From: an uncultured virus (IMG/VR IMGVR_UViG_3300027770_000057)
Lineage: Duplodnaviria > Heunggongvirae > Uroviricota > Caudoviricetes
Strand: one strand, 5' to 3'
DNA: 64,000 bases
Virus record (IMG/VR): IMGVR_UViG_3300027770_000057
Location: 1-64,000 of that record
Shown: positions 36,712-46,790 of the stretch, piece after piece
How the letters are laid out: every line of letters starts with the position of its first letter
Position numbering within the stretch: position 1 is the stretch's first letter
The notes under the pieces: model-generated
Database searches by the model: none
Told to the model about the DNA's origin: nothing
Seen by the model: the letters and a program-made list of their open reading frames with translations, nothing else
Program-made: the position numbers and the translations under genes

Positions 36712-39700
36712 CTCCAGTTAATTTCTTGTAATCAATCTCAACTTTTACTTCTATAGGTGATCCCTTGTAAACCATTTCAATCTCTGGATTGTCAGGCATA
36801 CTTAATTTTATTTCACTTGGAATTGAACCAATAAGTTCAATGTAATCTGGTATGCCTGTTACACTTATACTTGTTGGCATGTTTTCAAAGTCAACTTTAA
36901 TAGTTTTAGGAATTTCAATATCACTATGTAACTTAATAATTGAAGGTAAATTTTCACTGTTAATTTTAATAAATTCTGGAATTGAACCAGCATCAATGTT
37001 AATTTTTTCTGGTATGTTATGATTAATGTTAATTTCATTAGGTATTTGTTGATTAAATATTACATTAATATCTTTAATTTCTGGAACAATAACTGAAATA
37101 TATTCTGGTATATCATGCAAAACCATAATATCGTTAATTTCAGGAACAACAAGCTTAATTTCATCTGGAATACCAACAAAATCATAATTAACTTCCATTC
37201 CTAATTCATCGTAGTAACCTTGTCCATTGTCACTAGGAGAAATATTTGTTTTCCCAGAGTTTAAAGCTGCTGACACAGCATTCGAAGGACATACAACTCT
37301 TACTATACATGAAACAATAGGAGGAGTTCCCCAATCAACAGAAATTCTTGGTGGTCTACCATAATCTAAACTTATATTTGGAGGATTATCAAATTTAATA
37401 ATTAATGATGGTGGTTTTCCAAAAGGTATTGGTGCAAATGATGGTGGCTTATCAAATCCAACTTTTGAAAATGAAGGAGGCGTATCAAAACTTACTTTTC
37501 CAAGTGAAGGTTTATCAAATCCAACTTTTGGAAACGAAGGTATATTTTCAAAACTTACCACAATCTTTGGCACTGGCCCAAAACTTATAAATCCAAATGA
37601 TGGAGGTTCACAGAAGCTTATACATTCAAATGATGGAGGAGAACCAAAACTTATTAAAAAATTAGATGGTGTACAAAAACTAATACATGGAATCTTTACA
37701 CAAACACTTATGCAAGGCATCACAGAAGGAATTAAAAAGCTAATTGGTGGTATTAATGGTATATTGGAAACAAAACTAATTGGTGGTATTTTTGGCGGGG
37801 GACAAATGCTAATACAACTAATAATAGGAACATTACAAAAACTTATACAGGGAGGAGTTGACCAACTTACAATTAAAGATGGAGCCTTTTCAAATCTTAT
37901 TTTTTCAAAGCTTGGTGGCTTTTCAAAACTAATAATATTTGGCAATGAAGGTATATTGCAGAAACTTATACATTTAGGAAAACTTGGTACATTAATAAAA
38001 CTAATAGGTGTAAAACTTGGTGCATCACAAAAACTAACGCATGGAAACGATGGTGGCTTACAGAAGCTTATGCATGGAAACGATGGTGCTTTTGTAAAAC
38101 TAATAATATTTGGCAGTGAAGGTACATTGCAGAAACTTATACATTGAGGGAAGCTTGGCACATTACAGAAGCTTATACATGCAAACGATGGTGCTTTTGC
38201 AAAGCTAATAATATTTGGCAGTGAAGGTACATTGCAGAAACTTATACATTGAGGGAAGCTTGGCACATTACAGAAGCTTATACATGCAAACGATGGTGCT
38301 TTTGCAAAACTAATAATATTTGGCAATGAAGGTATATTGCAGAAACTTATACATTGAGGGAAGCTTGGCACATTACAGAAGCTTATACATGCAAATGATG
38401 GTGCTTTTGCAAAACTAATAACATTTGGCAATGAAGGTATATTGCAGAAACTTATACACTTAGGAAAACTTGGAACATTACAGAAGCTTATGCATGTAAA
38501 CGATGGTGCTTTTGCAAAACTAATAACATTTGGTAGTGAAGGTACATTGCAGAAACTTATGCACTTAGGAAAACTTGGTACATTACGGAAACTTATAGCA
38601 CTTGGTATACTTGGTAAGTTAACAAAACTTATAGATTTTGGTAAACTTGGTAAGTTAACAAAACTTATAGACTTGGGTAAACTTGGTACATTTACAAAAC
38701 TTATAGACTTGGGTAAACTTGGTACATTTACAAAACTTATAGTGCAAAAACTTGGCACATTAACAAAACTTATAGTGCAAAAACTTGGCACATTAACAAA
38801 ACTAATTGCTGGAAAACTTGGTGGTTTTTTAAAACTAATTGCTGGAAAACTTGGGGTTCTATCAAAACTAATCTTTGGAAAAGATGGTGGCTTTGCAAAA
38901 CTAATAACTTTAGGGAAACTTGGTACATTAACAAAACTTATAGACTTAGGGAAACTTGGCAGATTAACAAAACTTATAGATTTAGGGAAGCTTGGCACAT
39001 TAACAAAACTTATAGACTTAGGAAAACTTGGTACATTTACAAAACTTATAGATTTAGGGAAACTTGGGACATTAACAAAACTTATAGATTTAGGGAAACT
39101 TGGTACATTAACAAAACTTATAGCTCTACAAAAGCTTGGTATATTAACAAAACTAATCGGTGGAAACGATGGTGGCTTCGTAAAACTAATTGGTGCAAAA
39201 GATGGTGGTCTTGTAAAACTCAACTTTGGAAAACTTGGCGGTCTATCAAAGCTTATCTTTATAAACGATGGCGGTCTATCAAAACTTATCTTTGGAAAAG
39301 ATGGCGGTCTATCAAAACTAATCTTTGGAAAGCTTGGTGGTCTATCAAAACTAATCTTTGGAAAAGATGCTGGCTTTCCAAAGCTAATCTTTGGAAAACT
39401 TGGTGGTTTATCAAAACTAATCTTTGGAAAAGATGGCGGTCTTGCAAAACTCAACTTTGGAAAACTTGGTGGTTTATCAAAACTAATCTTTGGAAAAGAT
39501 GGCGGTCTTGTAAAACTCAATTTTGGAAAAGATGGTATTGTAAAACTAATTGGTGGAAAAGTTGGTGGTCTTGTAAAACTAATTGGTGCAAAACTTGGTG
39601 GTTTTCCAATGCTTATTTCTGGGAACTTTGGAGGACAAATACTAATACAAAATTTTGGAGGACAAATACTAATACAAAAACTTGGAGGAAATAATTTAAT

Positions 39701-40900
39701 TCCATCATTTGGATTAAATTTAATATTTATAACAGATGGAATACAAGGAAAAAAACAACTAATTGGTGGAATATTAGATGGAGGAATAATCGTTATTACA
39801 CTTGGAATATAATTTCCAATTGGTGGAATAACTACACTAATAATGCTAGGTATTGGTTCGGTAGGAATAATTAGTATTGTAGATGGAACATTAATAGGAC
39901 TAAATTCAATTAATGACGGAATAGTATTTAGTGGGCCAAAATTAATTTGACTTGGTATTGGAGGAACAACTGATATGATAGAAGGTATATTTATATTTGG
40001 AATACCAATATCAAAATTAGGAAATATTATAGGTGGAAGATTAATTATTGCATCTGGAACTTGAGGAATTGTAATATCTAAAGGAGGTAAGGCAGGACAT
40101 TCAGGAATTTGAATAAATACTGGCTCTGGTGCTACTGGCAAAGTAGGTTCATTTGCATTATTTCTTATCGTTGGAGTTTGAACTATATTACAGTTATTTG
40201 TTTCTACATTAACAACTGGATCTATTTGAACAGATGTTGCATATAAATGCGTACCAGTTAATTCATTTGTAGTAGAAGTTCCATCGCCAAAATCAATTTT
40301 AAAATTTTTATAACCACCTATAATTTTTAAATTGTAACTTATAACAGTTCCGCTATTTGGATCTTTGCTTAATGTAATGACAGAAAAATTTACATCTGGA
40401 CATCCATAATCATCAAATATAGGAGGTGTATTGAATAAGTTTCTTATTTTCCAATCTAAAGTTTTTTGATCCTCATCAAAATCAATTCCAATAAAATTTT
40501 CAATATTTACAATTGCTTGAGCTAATTGATTGTGATGCTCAGCTACAACAAGACCTCTAATTGATACACCAGCTAAGTTATAGCGAGTTGGCTTGCCACC
40601 TATATTCCTGATACAGTCTTTTAAAGCTACAACTTTTCCTGTTTGATAATCTTTATCAACTCTTCTGTAATAAAGAAGTTCACCTTCTATAGTTGCAAAT
40701 CCATTATCTGGCCAAGGATCTTCAATTAAATTAGTATTTTTATAACCTTCAATATAAATTATTTCAGACCAAGCTTCATTATCTACAACAAGAAATGACT
40801 CGGTAGTATTATGTACCTTGTATAAAGTATAATCAGAATCTATTCCTAAAGGATAGATTGGTTGTGGTATGAAGTTTTGTTCTTTGTCTATACTTTCCAA
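36653..40900 (-). CDS. large virion-type protein: AEHHN domain, PKD domain, long Pro/Cys-rich ISFxxxP repeat array
   Basis: 1415 aa; VVAEHHNQL; IDFGDG (PKD); repeats. Confidence 0.8.
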   Translation of the reverse strand: MESIDKEQNFIPQPIYPLGIDSDYTLYKVHNTTESFLVVDNEAWSEIIYIEGYKNTNLIEDPWPDNGFATIEGELLYYRRVDKDYQTGKVVALKDCIRNIGGKPTRYNLAGVSIRGLVVAEHHNQLAQAIVNIENFIGIDFDEDQKTLDWKIRNLFNTPPIFDDYGCPDVNFSVITLSKDPNSGTVISYNLKIIGGYKNFKIDFGDGTSTTNELTGTHLYATSVQIDPVVNVETNNCNIVQTPTIRNNANEPTLPVAPEPVFIQIPECPALPPLDITIPQVPDAIINLPPIIFPNFDIGIPNINIPSIISVVPPIPSQINFGPLNTIPSLIEFSPINVPSTILIIPTEPIPSIISVVIPPIGNYIPSVITIIPPSNIPPISCFFPCIPSVINIKFNPNDGIKLFPPSFCISICPPKFCISICPPKFPEISIGKPPSFAPISFTRPPTFPPISFTIPSFPKLSFTRPPSFPKISFDKPPSFPKLSFARPPSFPKISFDKPPSFPKISFGKPASFPKISFDRPPSFPKISFDRPPSFPKISFDRPPSFIKISFDRPPSFPKLSFTRPPSFAPISFTKPPSFPPISFVNIPSFCRAISFVNVPSFPKSISFVNVPSFPKSISFVNVPSFPKSISFVNVPSFPKSISFVNLPSFPKSISFVNVPSFPKVISFAKPPSFPKISFDRTPSFPAISFKKPPSFPAISFVNVPSFCTISFVNVPSFCTISFVNVPSLPKSISFVNVPSLPKSISFVNLPSLPKSISFVNLPSIPSAISFRNVPSFPKCISFCNVPSLPNVISFAKAPSFTCISFCNVPSFPKCISFCNIPSLPNVISFAKAPSFACISFCNVPSFPQCISFCNIPSLPNIISFAKAPSFACISFCNVPSFPQCISFCNVPSLPNIISFAKAPSFACISFCNVPSFPQCISFCNVPSLPNIISFTKAPSFPCISFCKPPSFPCVSFCDAPSFTPISFINVPSFPKCISFCNIPSLPNIISFEKPPSFEKIRFEKAPSLIVSWSTPPCISFCNVPIISCISICPPPKIPPISFVSNIPLIPPISFLIPSVMPCISVCVKIPCISFCTPSNFLISFGSPPSFECISFCEPPSFGFISFGPVPKIVVSFENIPSFPKVGFDKPSLGKVSFDTPPSFSKVGFDKPPSFAPIPFGKPPSLIIKFDNPPNISLDYGRPPRISVDWGTPPIVSCIVRVVCPSNAVSAALNSGKTNISPSDNGQGYYDELGMEVNYDFVGIPDEIKLVVPEINDIMVLHDIPEYISVIVPEIKDINVIFNQQIPNEININHNIPEKINIDAGSIPEFIKINSENLPSIIKLHSDIEIPKTIKVDFENMPTSISVTGIPDYIELIGSIPSEIKLSMPDNPEIEMVYKGSPIEVKVEIDYKKLTGDENAEDLPCFAIIPCPPRK
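37320..39700 (-). repeat. 33/36-bp degenerate tandem repeat array with a 105-bp higher-order unit
   Basis: SFPKISFDRPP and SFPKSISFVNVP units; 35-aa super-unit recurring at 38122, 38227 and 38332. Confidence 0.9.
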
Positions 40901-40920
40901 TTATTTACTTTCTTCTAACA

Positions 40921-40955
40921 ATAAAGTATATATTAATAAAGTATATATTAATAAA
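40921..40955. repeat. 15-bp tandem duplication ATAAAGTATATATTA in an intergenic spacer
   Basis: Two copies plus a partial, each containing TATATA. Confidence 0.7.
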
Positions 40956-43188
40956 TTCCCATAAACCATTGCTTTAATATTGGTCTTTGATATAATTTAC
41001 TAAAAGTAAGTTCTAAATTATTGAATTTAACCATACTGTTTTGACTGTAATCATAACTTAAGTACGCAAAATGATCATAATTTGATGTTCCTATTAGTGA
41101 ATTTGATTCTTTATCAAAGCCAGAAGTTGTTTTATCTTGTAAGCTTCTAAAGCTTAAGCTGCTGTTATTACCAGCAACATACCATGTGTTTGAACTATCT
41201 TCGTAAATTGAAATATTACTTGAATTATTAAAAAAGAATAATCCATTACTCATTGTCAAAAATTGACCTTCTTTATAATTAGAATTTGGTAAATCTTGTA
41301 ATTTTTTAATTGCTATAAAAGGATTACTTGTGCTTCCTATTGTACAATATAAGCTAGAAATTAATATTTCGGTTCCAATTAAAGTATTTCTTAAAAAATA
41401 CCCAGTTTCATTTTTCCAAGTCGATCTATACAAAGAAAAATTACCTGTTATTGTTTTACCACTTTGATTATAAACAGATTCATTTTGTTTCAAGTCAATA
41501 GCGTTTGCTTGAAATGCATGATCGTTAAAGTCATTAATAGAAACGGTTTTTGAAGCTAAGTTATAAGTTTGTAATTTAGTTTTTGTTGGTGAAATATAAG
41601 CACCATAACCAGAGCTTGTCATACCAAGCATAAAATACGCATTAGATTGTGTGTTTAGAAACAACCAATTATAAGGTCTTTGAAAAGAATTTTCTGTTTT
41701 GTATGTTTTTTCAAATCCATTAAATGTTTTTACATATACTTGCTCGGTGTTTGGTTGATTTTCTTTACTTCTACCAGATGCCCAGAATAAAAATGAATCA
41801 CCTCCATCGCCACTTGTTGATAAGCCAGAAGAACAAAATCCTATATTTCTTTTAAATTCATATTTTTGCACTTCAGAGTTTGGTTCATTTTCTAAAAAAT
41901 CGTCATTTGTATTTAATTTTAAAGAATTAGATTGTGGGGCTTTATAGGTTTCAGATATTAAACCAAATTCAGCAGCTTGAACTTCATCTGTACCAGCTAT
42001 TATATTGTTTAATTTTTCTTTATATAGCCAATGCCATAAATTAACATTTTCTACAATGTCTATAACATTTTTTTTATTAGTTATTCTGAAAGATCCTGAT
42101 TCTGTATCGCATCTAATAATAGCATTGTATACACCACCAGTCTCAAAAAGAGCATTAGTAGATTTTGAATTTGCATGAGATATGTCATCTGATAATTCCC
42201 AAGCATATAAAACTACAGGATCTATTGGTTTTCCTTGACTGTTTACTTCTTCTCCTGAAAAAGTCTTACCAGTTTCTTGATTTATACCATTTGGAATTTT
42301 TAAATACAAAACACTATTTGCAGAAGCTCTTATTTTTGAATTTAAGTCACCAGAAGTAATTTGATTTCCTTTTGGATCAAAAGAAATAACTGCTTCATCT
42401 GGTGCTGGATATCTTGAATTAATTAAATTTTTAAAAGTTAATTCATCTTCACCAAATTTATTAATTATTTTAAAGGTAACAGTATAATTACCAGGTGTTT
42501 CATAAGTTTTTTCAATAGTTTGATTAGTGTTAGTAGTTTCTTTTGAATTATTTAAATATTCAAATGTTCTTATATCTCCATCTCCAAAATTCCAAATTGT
42601 TTTAATATTATTATTTGCATTATCTGTTGCTAATCTAAAACTTAAATCAGTAAAGGTTATTTTTAGAGGTATGATTCCTTCTCTTATGTCTGCTTGGAAC
42701 CATGCTTTTGGTTTTAAGGCAATTCTCCTCAAATAATTAATTCTTGCTTCTACTGAACCAGTTTTTGGAATATTTACTCTATCATTTCTTACACCAGTAA
42801 ATTTTTCAATTTCAATTAATGCATCTTTAATATTATTATGATGTTCTGCAACTACATTCAAAGTAATGTTTGTTACTTTTCCTAGTTTTTTTACATCTGG
42901 GAAACCATCTAATAATTCAATATCTAAAAATGTTTGTGTTGCATTATCTTTTAAGCCATAATAGAAACTTATTCCTCTTTCATCTAAATCAGAACATTGG
43001 TCAGTCAATGTAATTATTCCACTTGCTGGGAAAAAAGACATTTCATCTGTAGTGGCGTTTGCATAAATGATTTTATCTTTTGGATTATAATCTTTTAGCA
43101 AAGGAATTCTTAATGAATCTTTAACAGAAAATAAATTTGTATCAGTATCTAAAATGTTTGGATATGTAATTTTTATTTGGTTTAGCAT
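40948..43188 (-). CDS. PKD-domain virion protein (AEHHN family)
   Basis: VVAEHHNNI; ITFTDLS…WNFGDG…YETPGNYTVTF. Confidence 0.8.
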   Translation of the reverse strand: MLNQIKITYPNILDTDTNLFSVKDSLRIPLLKDYNPKDKIIYANATTDEMSFFPASGIITLTDQCSDLDERGISFYYGLKDNATQTFLDIELLDGFPDVKKLGKVTNITLNVVAEHHNNIKDALIEIEKFTGVRNDRVNIPKTGSVEARINYLRRIALKPKAWFQADIREGIIPLKITFTDLSFRLATDNANNNIKTIWNFGDGDIRTFEYLNNSKETTNTNQTIEKTYETPGNYTVTFKIINKFGEDELTFKNLINSRYPAPDEAVISFDPKGNQITSGDLNSKIRASANSVLYLKIPNGINQETGKTFSGEEVNSQGKPIDPVVLYAWELSDDISHANSKSTNALFETGGVYNAIIRCDTESGSFRITNKKNVIDIVENVNLWHWLYKEKLNNIIAGTDEVQAAEFGLISETYKAPQSNSLKLNTNDDFLENEPNSEVQKYEFKRNIGFCSSGLSTSGDGGDSFLFWASGRSKENQPNTEQVYVKTFNGFEKTYKTENSFQRPYNWLFLNTQSNAYFMLGMTSSGYGAYISPTKTKLQTYNLASKTVSINDFNDHAFQANAIDLKQNESVYNQSGKTITGNFSLYRSTWKNETGYFLRNTLIGTEILISSLYCTIGSTSNPFIAIKKLQDLPNSNYKEGQFLTMSNGLFFFNNSSNISIYEDSSNTWYVAGNNSSLSFRSLQDKTTSGFDKESNSLIGTSNYDHFAYLSYDYSQNSMVKFNNLELTFSKLYQRPILKQWFMGIY

Positions 43189-43195
43189 ATTTGTT

Positions 43196-44221
43196 TTATC
43201 CTACTACTAATATATCTTGTAAAAATACTTTTTTAACATTTTGTGTTTCAAATGTGTCAATAATAAATGGTTTATATTCACCTGGCTCATCATAAATATG
43301 TTTTACCGTATGTATATTTGGATCACTTATAATTTTATCTTTGCCGTCACCAAAAACAAAAAATCTATTAAGTATATTGCCGTCAGTCTGATCTACAAAA
43401 TTATATTCAGTTGGATTTAAATTATTTTTCATTGCTGTTTTTTTAGATATTCCGCCAAACCTTGGCAAAATATAAAACAAAGGAATTCCATTTTCATTAT
43501 TTGAATTAATATAATTAGATTTTGTTACTATTCCTTGACCGCCTAATTCATTAATAACATTTAATTGAATAGTAAAAATTCCTTCACGAATGTAAGTGTG
43601 TTCTGGAGATTCTTCTATAGAAGTAGTATTATCTCCAAAATCCCAAAAATACTTACTATTATTTCCTATTGTAAAGTTCTTAAATTTAACTGTAAAAGGT
43701 GGTTTCCCAATTACTGGAAATCCTCTAAAGATAGGTTTTGGACTTAAAATATCATTTTCTAATGTCTTCAATATTCCATTCAAAGAATTTTCTAAAGGAA
43801 AGTCTTTTTCTCCAAGTTTATTTTCAATTTTTAAAACAGCATCTTTAACAGCATTATGATGTTCTGCAAAAACACCAGATGTTACAGTTGTTCCTTTTGG
43901 CCATACTGTAGCTCTTGTATTTTGAAATCCTCTGATAACATTGAGGATTGTATTTCCTTCTTTTTTAAAGTAATATATTAATTCACTAATGCCATCTTTA
44001 CTTGAAAGATTTCCTACTTTTAAAATTCCTTGAATTGGAAAGTTAGTAGCATCTTCTAAGTTAATTATTTTTGTATTAAGACTTATCCCAATTAGTAGTT
44101 TAGTCTCAGATAAATTCCTTGCCTCGTATAAGGTAGTAGAAGAATCTATAATTGTTGGAAAACCTGATAGATTCCCAGTTAAATAGTTTTCATCGTAAGA
44201 AGATGCTTTTTGAAAATACAT
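43196..44221 (-). CDS. double-PKD-domain virion protein (AEHHN family)
   Basis: VFAEHHNAV; WDFGDN…PEHTY…GIFTIQL; FVFGDG…HIYDEPGEY. Confidence 0.85.
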   Translation of the reverse strand: MYFQKASSYDENYLTGNLSGFPTIIDSSTTLYEARNLSETKLLIGISLNTKIINLEDATNFPIQGILKVGNLSSKDGISELIYYFKKEGNTILNVIRGFQNTRATVWPKGTTVTSGVFAEHHNAVKDAVLKIENKLGEKDFPLENSLNGILKTLENDILSPKPIFRGFPVIGKPPFTVKFKNFTIGNNSKYFWDFGDNTTSIEESPEHTYIREGIFTIQLNVINELGGQGIVTKSNYINSNNENGIPLFYILPRFGGISKKTAMKNNLNPTEYNFVDQTDGNILNRFFVFGDGKDKIISDPNIHTVKHIYDEPGEYKPFIIDTFETQNVKKVFLQDILVVG

Positions 44222-44246
44222 AATGTTCCTGTTTAAATATTTATGA

Positions 44247-44903
44247 TTATTGCATTAATTTATTTACTTCTTTGTTTTGGTTATTAGAAATATTATTTTG
44301 AATTTCATCTAATGCACTTGTAAGTTGTTTTTTTACAATAGAAATATCTGGTAATGCTAAAATTGTTTTACATAACTCTAAATCTGTAGGAATGTTAAGT
44401 AAAAATCTTAAATTCAAGTCATTCCCTAGCTTAGCTGACCAATATTGATTTTGAGATTCAACATCATCAAAAGATTTAAGTTTTTCTACCTTTTCAATTT
44501 CCATAAATGTTTTAACGAAAAAATCTAATTCTTCATTTACACTTTTTAATTTATCGTTGATTTTTTTAAAAACAAAATCTTTTCTATCATAATTTCTTAT
44601 CATTTTCTTTAATTTTATTTCTAATATCTTTCTTTTGTATGTACATGATTCTTTTTCAATTAAGGTTTTATATCTATCTATTTTTAAAGATAATATTTCA
44701 TAATTCTCTTCAGAAATTAAAATTTCTTCTTTGTAAGAATCTACTGTTTCTATTCTTGCGTTAATTTCTCTTGTGCATTGCCATAGCTTAGATTGTAAAG
44801 TAGGTTCTTTTCCTACTATGAAGTGATTTAATTGAAAAAATGAATGTCTTTCTTTTAAATCTGAATTATTAATAATTTCTTTTGCTTTTTCAATTAGTTC
44901 CAT
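44247..44903 (-). CDS. hypothetical coiled-coil protein
   Basis: AAGGA SD before ATG 44903. Confidence 0.7.
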   Translation of the reverse strand: MELIEKAKEIINNSDLKERHSFFQLNHFIVGKEPTLQSKLWQCTREINARIETVDSYKEEILISEENYEILSLKIDRYKTLIEKESCTYKRKILEIKLKKMIRNYDRKDFVFKKINDKLKSVNEELDFFVKTFMEIEKVEKLKSFDDVESQNQYWSAKLGNDLNLRFLLNIPTDLELCKTILALPDISIVKKQLTSALDEIQNNISNNQNKEVNKLMQ

Positions 44904-44911
44904 GTTTTCCT

Positions 44912-45436
44912 TTAAATTTTTATGCCTACAACAGCTTTTAATTTGCATCCTTCAATTGATGCATTATATCCCCATGATAATTTAATAATATCTAAATGGT
45001 TATCTTTTCCAAAACCACCTACTTTATTATAAGTGTTTTTATTTATTAATAAACCATTTAAAGGATTTTTTACAAATTCATAAATTCTATTTTTAACTGG
45101 GAAGATTATATCTTTTTCATTTAGAACAAAAATAGATAACTTTTTAATAAGATGCTTTGTTAAATATGTACCTGCTTGAACTAAAAAACACCATTCTGTT
45201 TTACAGTTTCTTAAAGCAATATCATAATTTTCTAAAATTTGAAAACTATCAGAATGATAAATATCATATTCCTGACCTTTGTTGTAATAATCAAATTTTA
45301 AATCATTAGTTATTAATATTTTTTTATAATTTGTATAAAAATCATAATAATGCCTTAGTGTTTCATTTATTTTATTTGTATCTCTATCAATTGCTACAAT
45401 TGCCATAGAAACATTAAGCTCTTTTGGCTCATACAT
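44912..45436 (-). CDS. possible degenerate GT2-like glycosyltransferase
   Basis: YDIALRNCKTEWCFLV and LLINKNTYNKVGGF resemble GT-A segments; the DxD motif is absent. Confidence 0.45.
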   Translation of the reverse strand: MYEPKELNVSMAIVAIDRDTNKINETLRHYYDFYTNYKKILITNDLKFDYYNKGQEYDIYHSDSFQILENYDIALRNCKTEWCFLVQAGTYLTKHLIKKLSIFVLNEKDIIFPVKNRIYEFVKNPLNGLLINKNTYNKVGGFGKDNHLDIIKLSWGYNASIEGCKLKAVVGIKI

Positions 45437-45457
45437 AATAAAACCCTTTTAAATAAA

Positions 45458-46255
45458 CTATTCTGCCAAGGAAACATCAAAATCTATTTTAATTATGTCA
45501 TATTGTGAAATAGAATTCAATAATTGAAATGAAATTAAATCATCATTTAATGAAAATTTATTTTTATGCCATTTACTATTTGTATTTGGATTAGCTGGAG
45601 GAACAAAAACTTCGAAATCTGAAAATATCTGAACGCCATTTATGAAAACTCTTAAAGTATTATTCATTATCTGCTTAGATAAACTCGTAGTGTAGTTTTT
45701 ATAATCAGATCCTAAAAAAGATGGTTTAGGAGTTACACCATAATAATGAATATGGGCACTTTCTAAAGGATAATTTAAATCGGCAGTAAGATTATTAGGA
45801 GCATCAAATCTCCATTTTAACGATGAAGAATTTTTTAATTCTAATATTCCTGTTTGAAAGAAAATACCACTGCTAATACTTGGAATATTAATATTCAAAG
45901 ATAAATAATTTGCACCTTCTTGAATTTGAGCTAATTTATTTCTCTCGTCAAGCTTCATTCTTATGTAGCTTATTTCATTATAAATTCCATCTTCGTGATA
46001 ACCAATATTATGTAAAGAAATATCAACCGCAGTTGGCTTTAAATCTCCATTACTAGTTAAAGATTGATTTAATCTAGCAGCTAAGTCTATTCTTGAACCA
46101 ATTGAATTTTCTAAAACACCAGTGTTGAAATCAACTGCATCATTTAAAACTTCTTGTCTTTTAATTAATGCTGCAATAGGTAAATTATCATAAATATAAT
46201 GATAAGGCTGTAAAGCTTCATAAGATGGAACTGTGATATTATTAATATTTGGCAT
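45458..46255 (-). CDS. putative tail/baseplate structural protein
   Basis: Position in the baseplate operon; LRVFINGVQ…DIIKIDF beta domain. Confidence 0.6.
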   Translation of the reverse strand: MPNINNITVPSYEALQPYHYIYDNLPIAALIKRQEVLNDAVDFNTGVLENSIGSRIDLAARLNQSLTSNGDLKPTAVDISLHNIGYHEDGIYNEISYIRMKLDERNKLAQIQEGANYLSLNINIPSISSGIFFQTGILELKNSSSLKWRFDAPNNLTADLNYPLESAHIHYYGVTPKPSFLGSDYKNYTTSLSKQIMNNTLRVFINGVQIFSDFEVFVPPANPNTNSKWHKNKFSLNDDLISFQLLNSISQYDIIKIDFDVSLAE

Positions 46256-46285
46256 ATTTTTATATATATTTTAAAATTTATTTTA

Positions 46286-46789
46286 TCAAATAAAATTAAG
46301 ATTCCAATTCCAAGTAATCTGCATTTGATCCGTTTTGTTAATAGCACCAAAGGTTAACATACTGTACAAATCTCCTGTTCCCATAACTAATGCCATTTCG
46401 TTAATTGCATAACCATTAGCATCGTTATAAGTTAAAACAGAAGTGAAAATACCCTGAGTTTGATTAGTTGGATTAACTTGAGAAATAACAGGCTTAGTAG
46501 ACCTTGTTATTCCATAAAGACCGTTTCTGTTAGAGTCTACATAAAGCGGAACTCCACCTGATTCTCCACCATCGCCAAAAATCATTGATTTAATATAATA
46601 TTCAAAACTAGAAGCTATTTCACCTGCTTCGTTAGTGCATCCTTGTAAATTTCTAGTAAGCGATCTTACAAGGGCTTCTCTACCAGTCTTTAAAACTGTA
46701 TTTTTAAAGTGACTTTTAATAGTTGAACCGTTTTTAAATTCTATAATCATGTCTACATCGCCAGTTGTTTCAACTCTAGAATTATACAT
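46286..46789 (-). CDS. baseplate/tail-fibre attachment-like protein
   Basis: NTVLKTGREAL, MIFGDGG, ANGYAINEMAL, INKT…ITWNW; start reassigned to ATG 46789. Confidence 0.65.
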   Translation of the reverse strand: MYNSRVETTGDVDMIIEFKNGSTIKSHFKNTVLKTGREALVRSLTRNLQGCTNEAGEIASSFEYYIKSMIFGDGGESGGVPLYVDSNRNGLYGITRSTKPVISQVNPTNQTQGIFTSVLTYNDANGYAINEMALVMGTGDLYSMLTFGAINKTDQMQITWNWNLNFI

Positions 46790-46790
46790 T

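Noticed and set aside
38442..39812. 456-aa plus-strand ORF with KLIFGKLGG repeats (also 37710..38147)
   Set aside because: Antisense shadow of the repeat array; it is interrupted by TGA where the minus-strand unit is PQ and has no start context
36653..44221. Diversity-generating retroelement acting on fibre genes
   Set aside because: No reverse transcriptase and no template/variable repeat pair differing at adenines was seen
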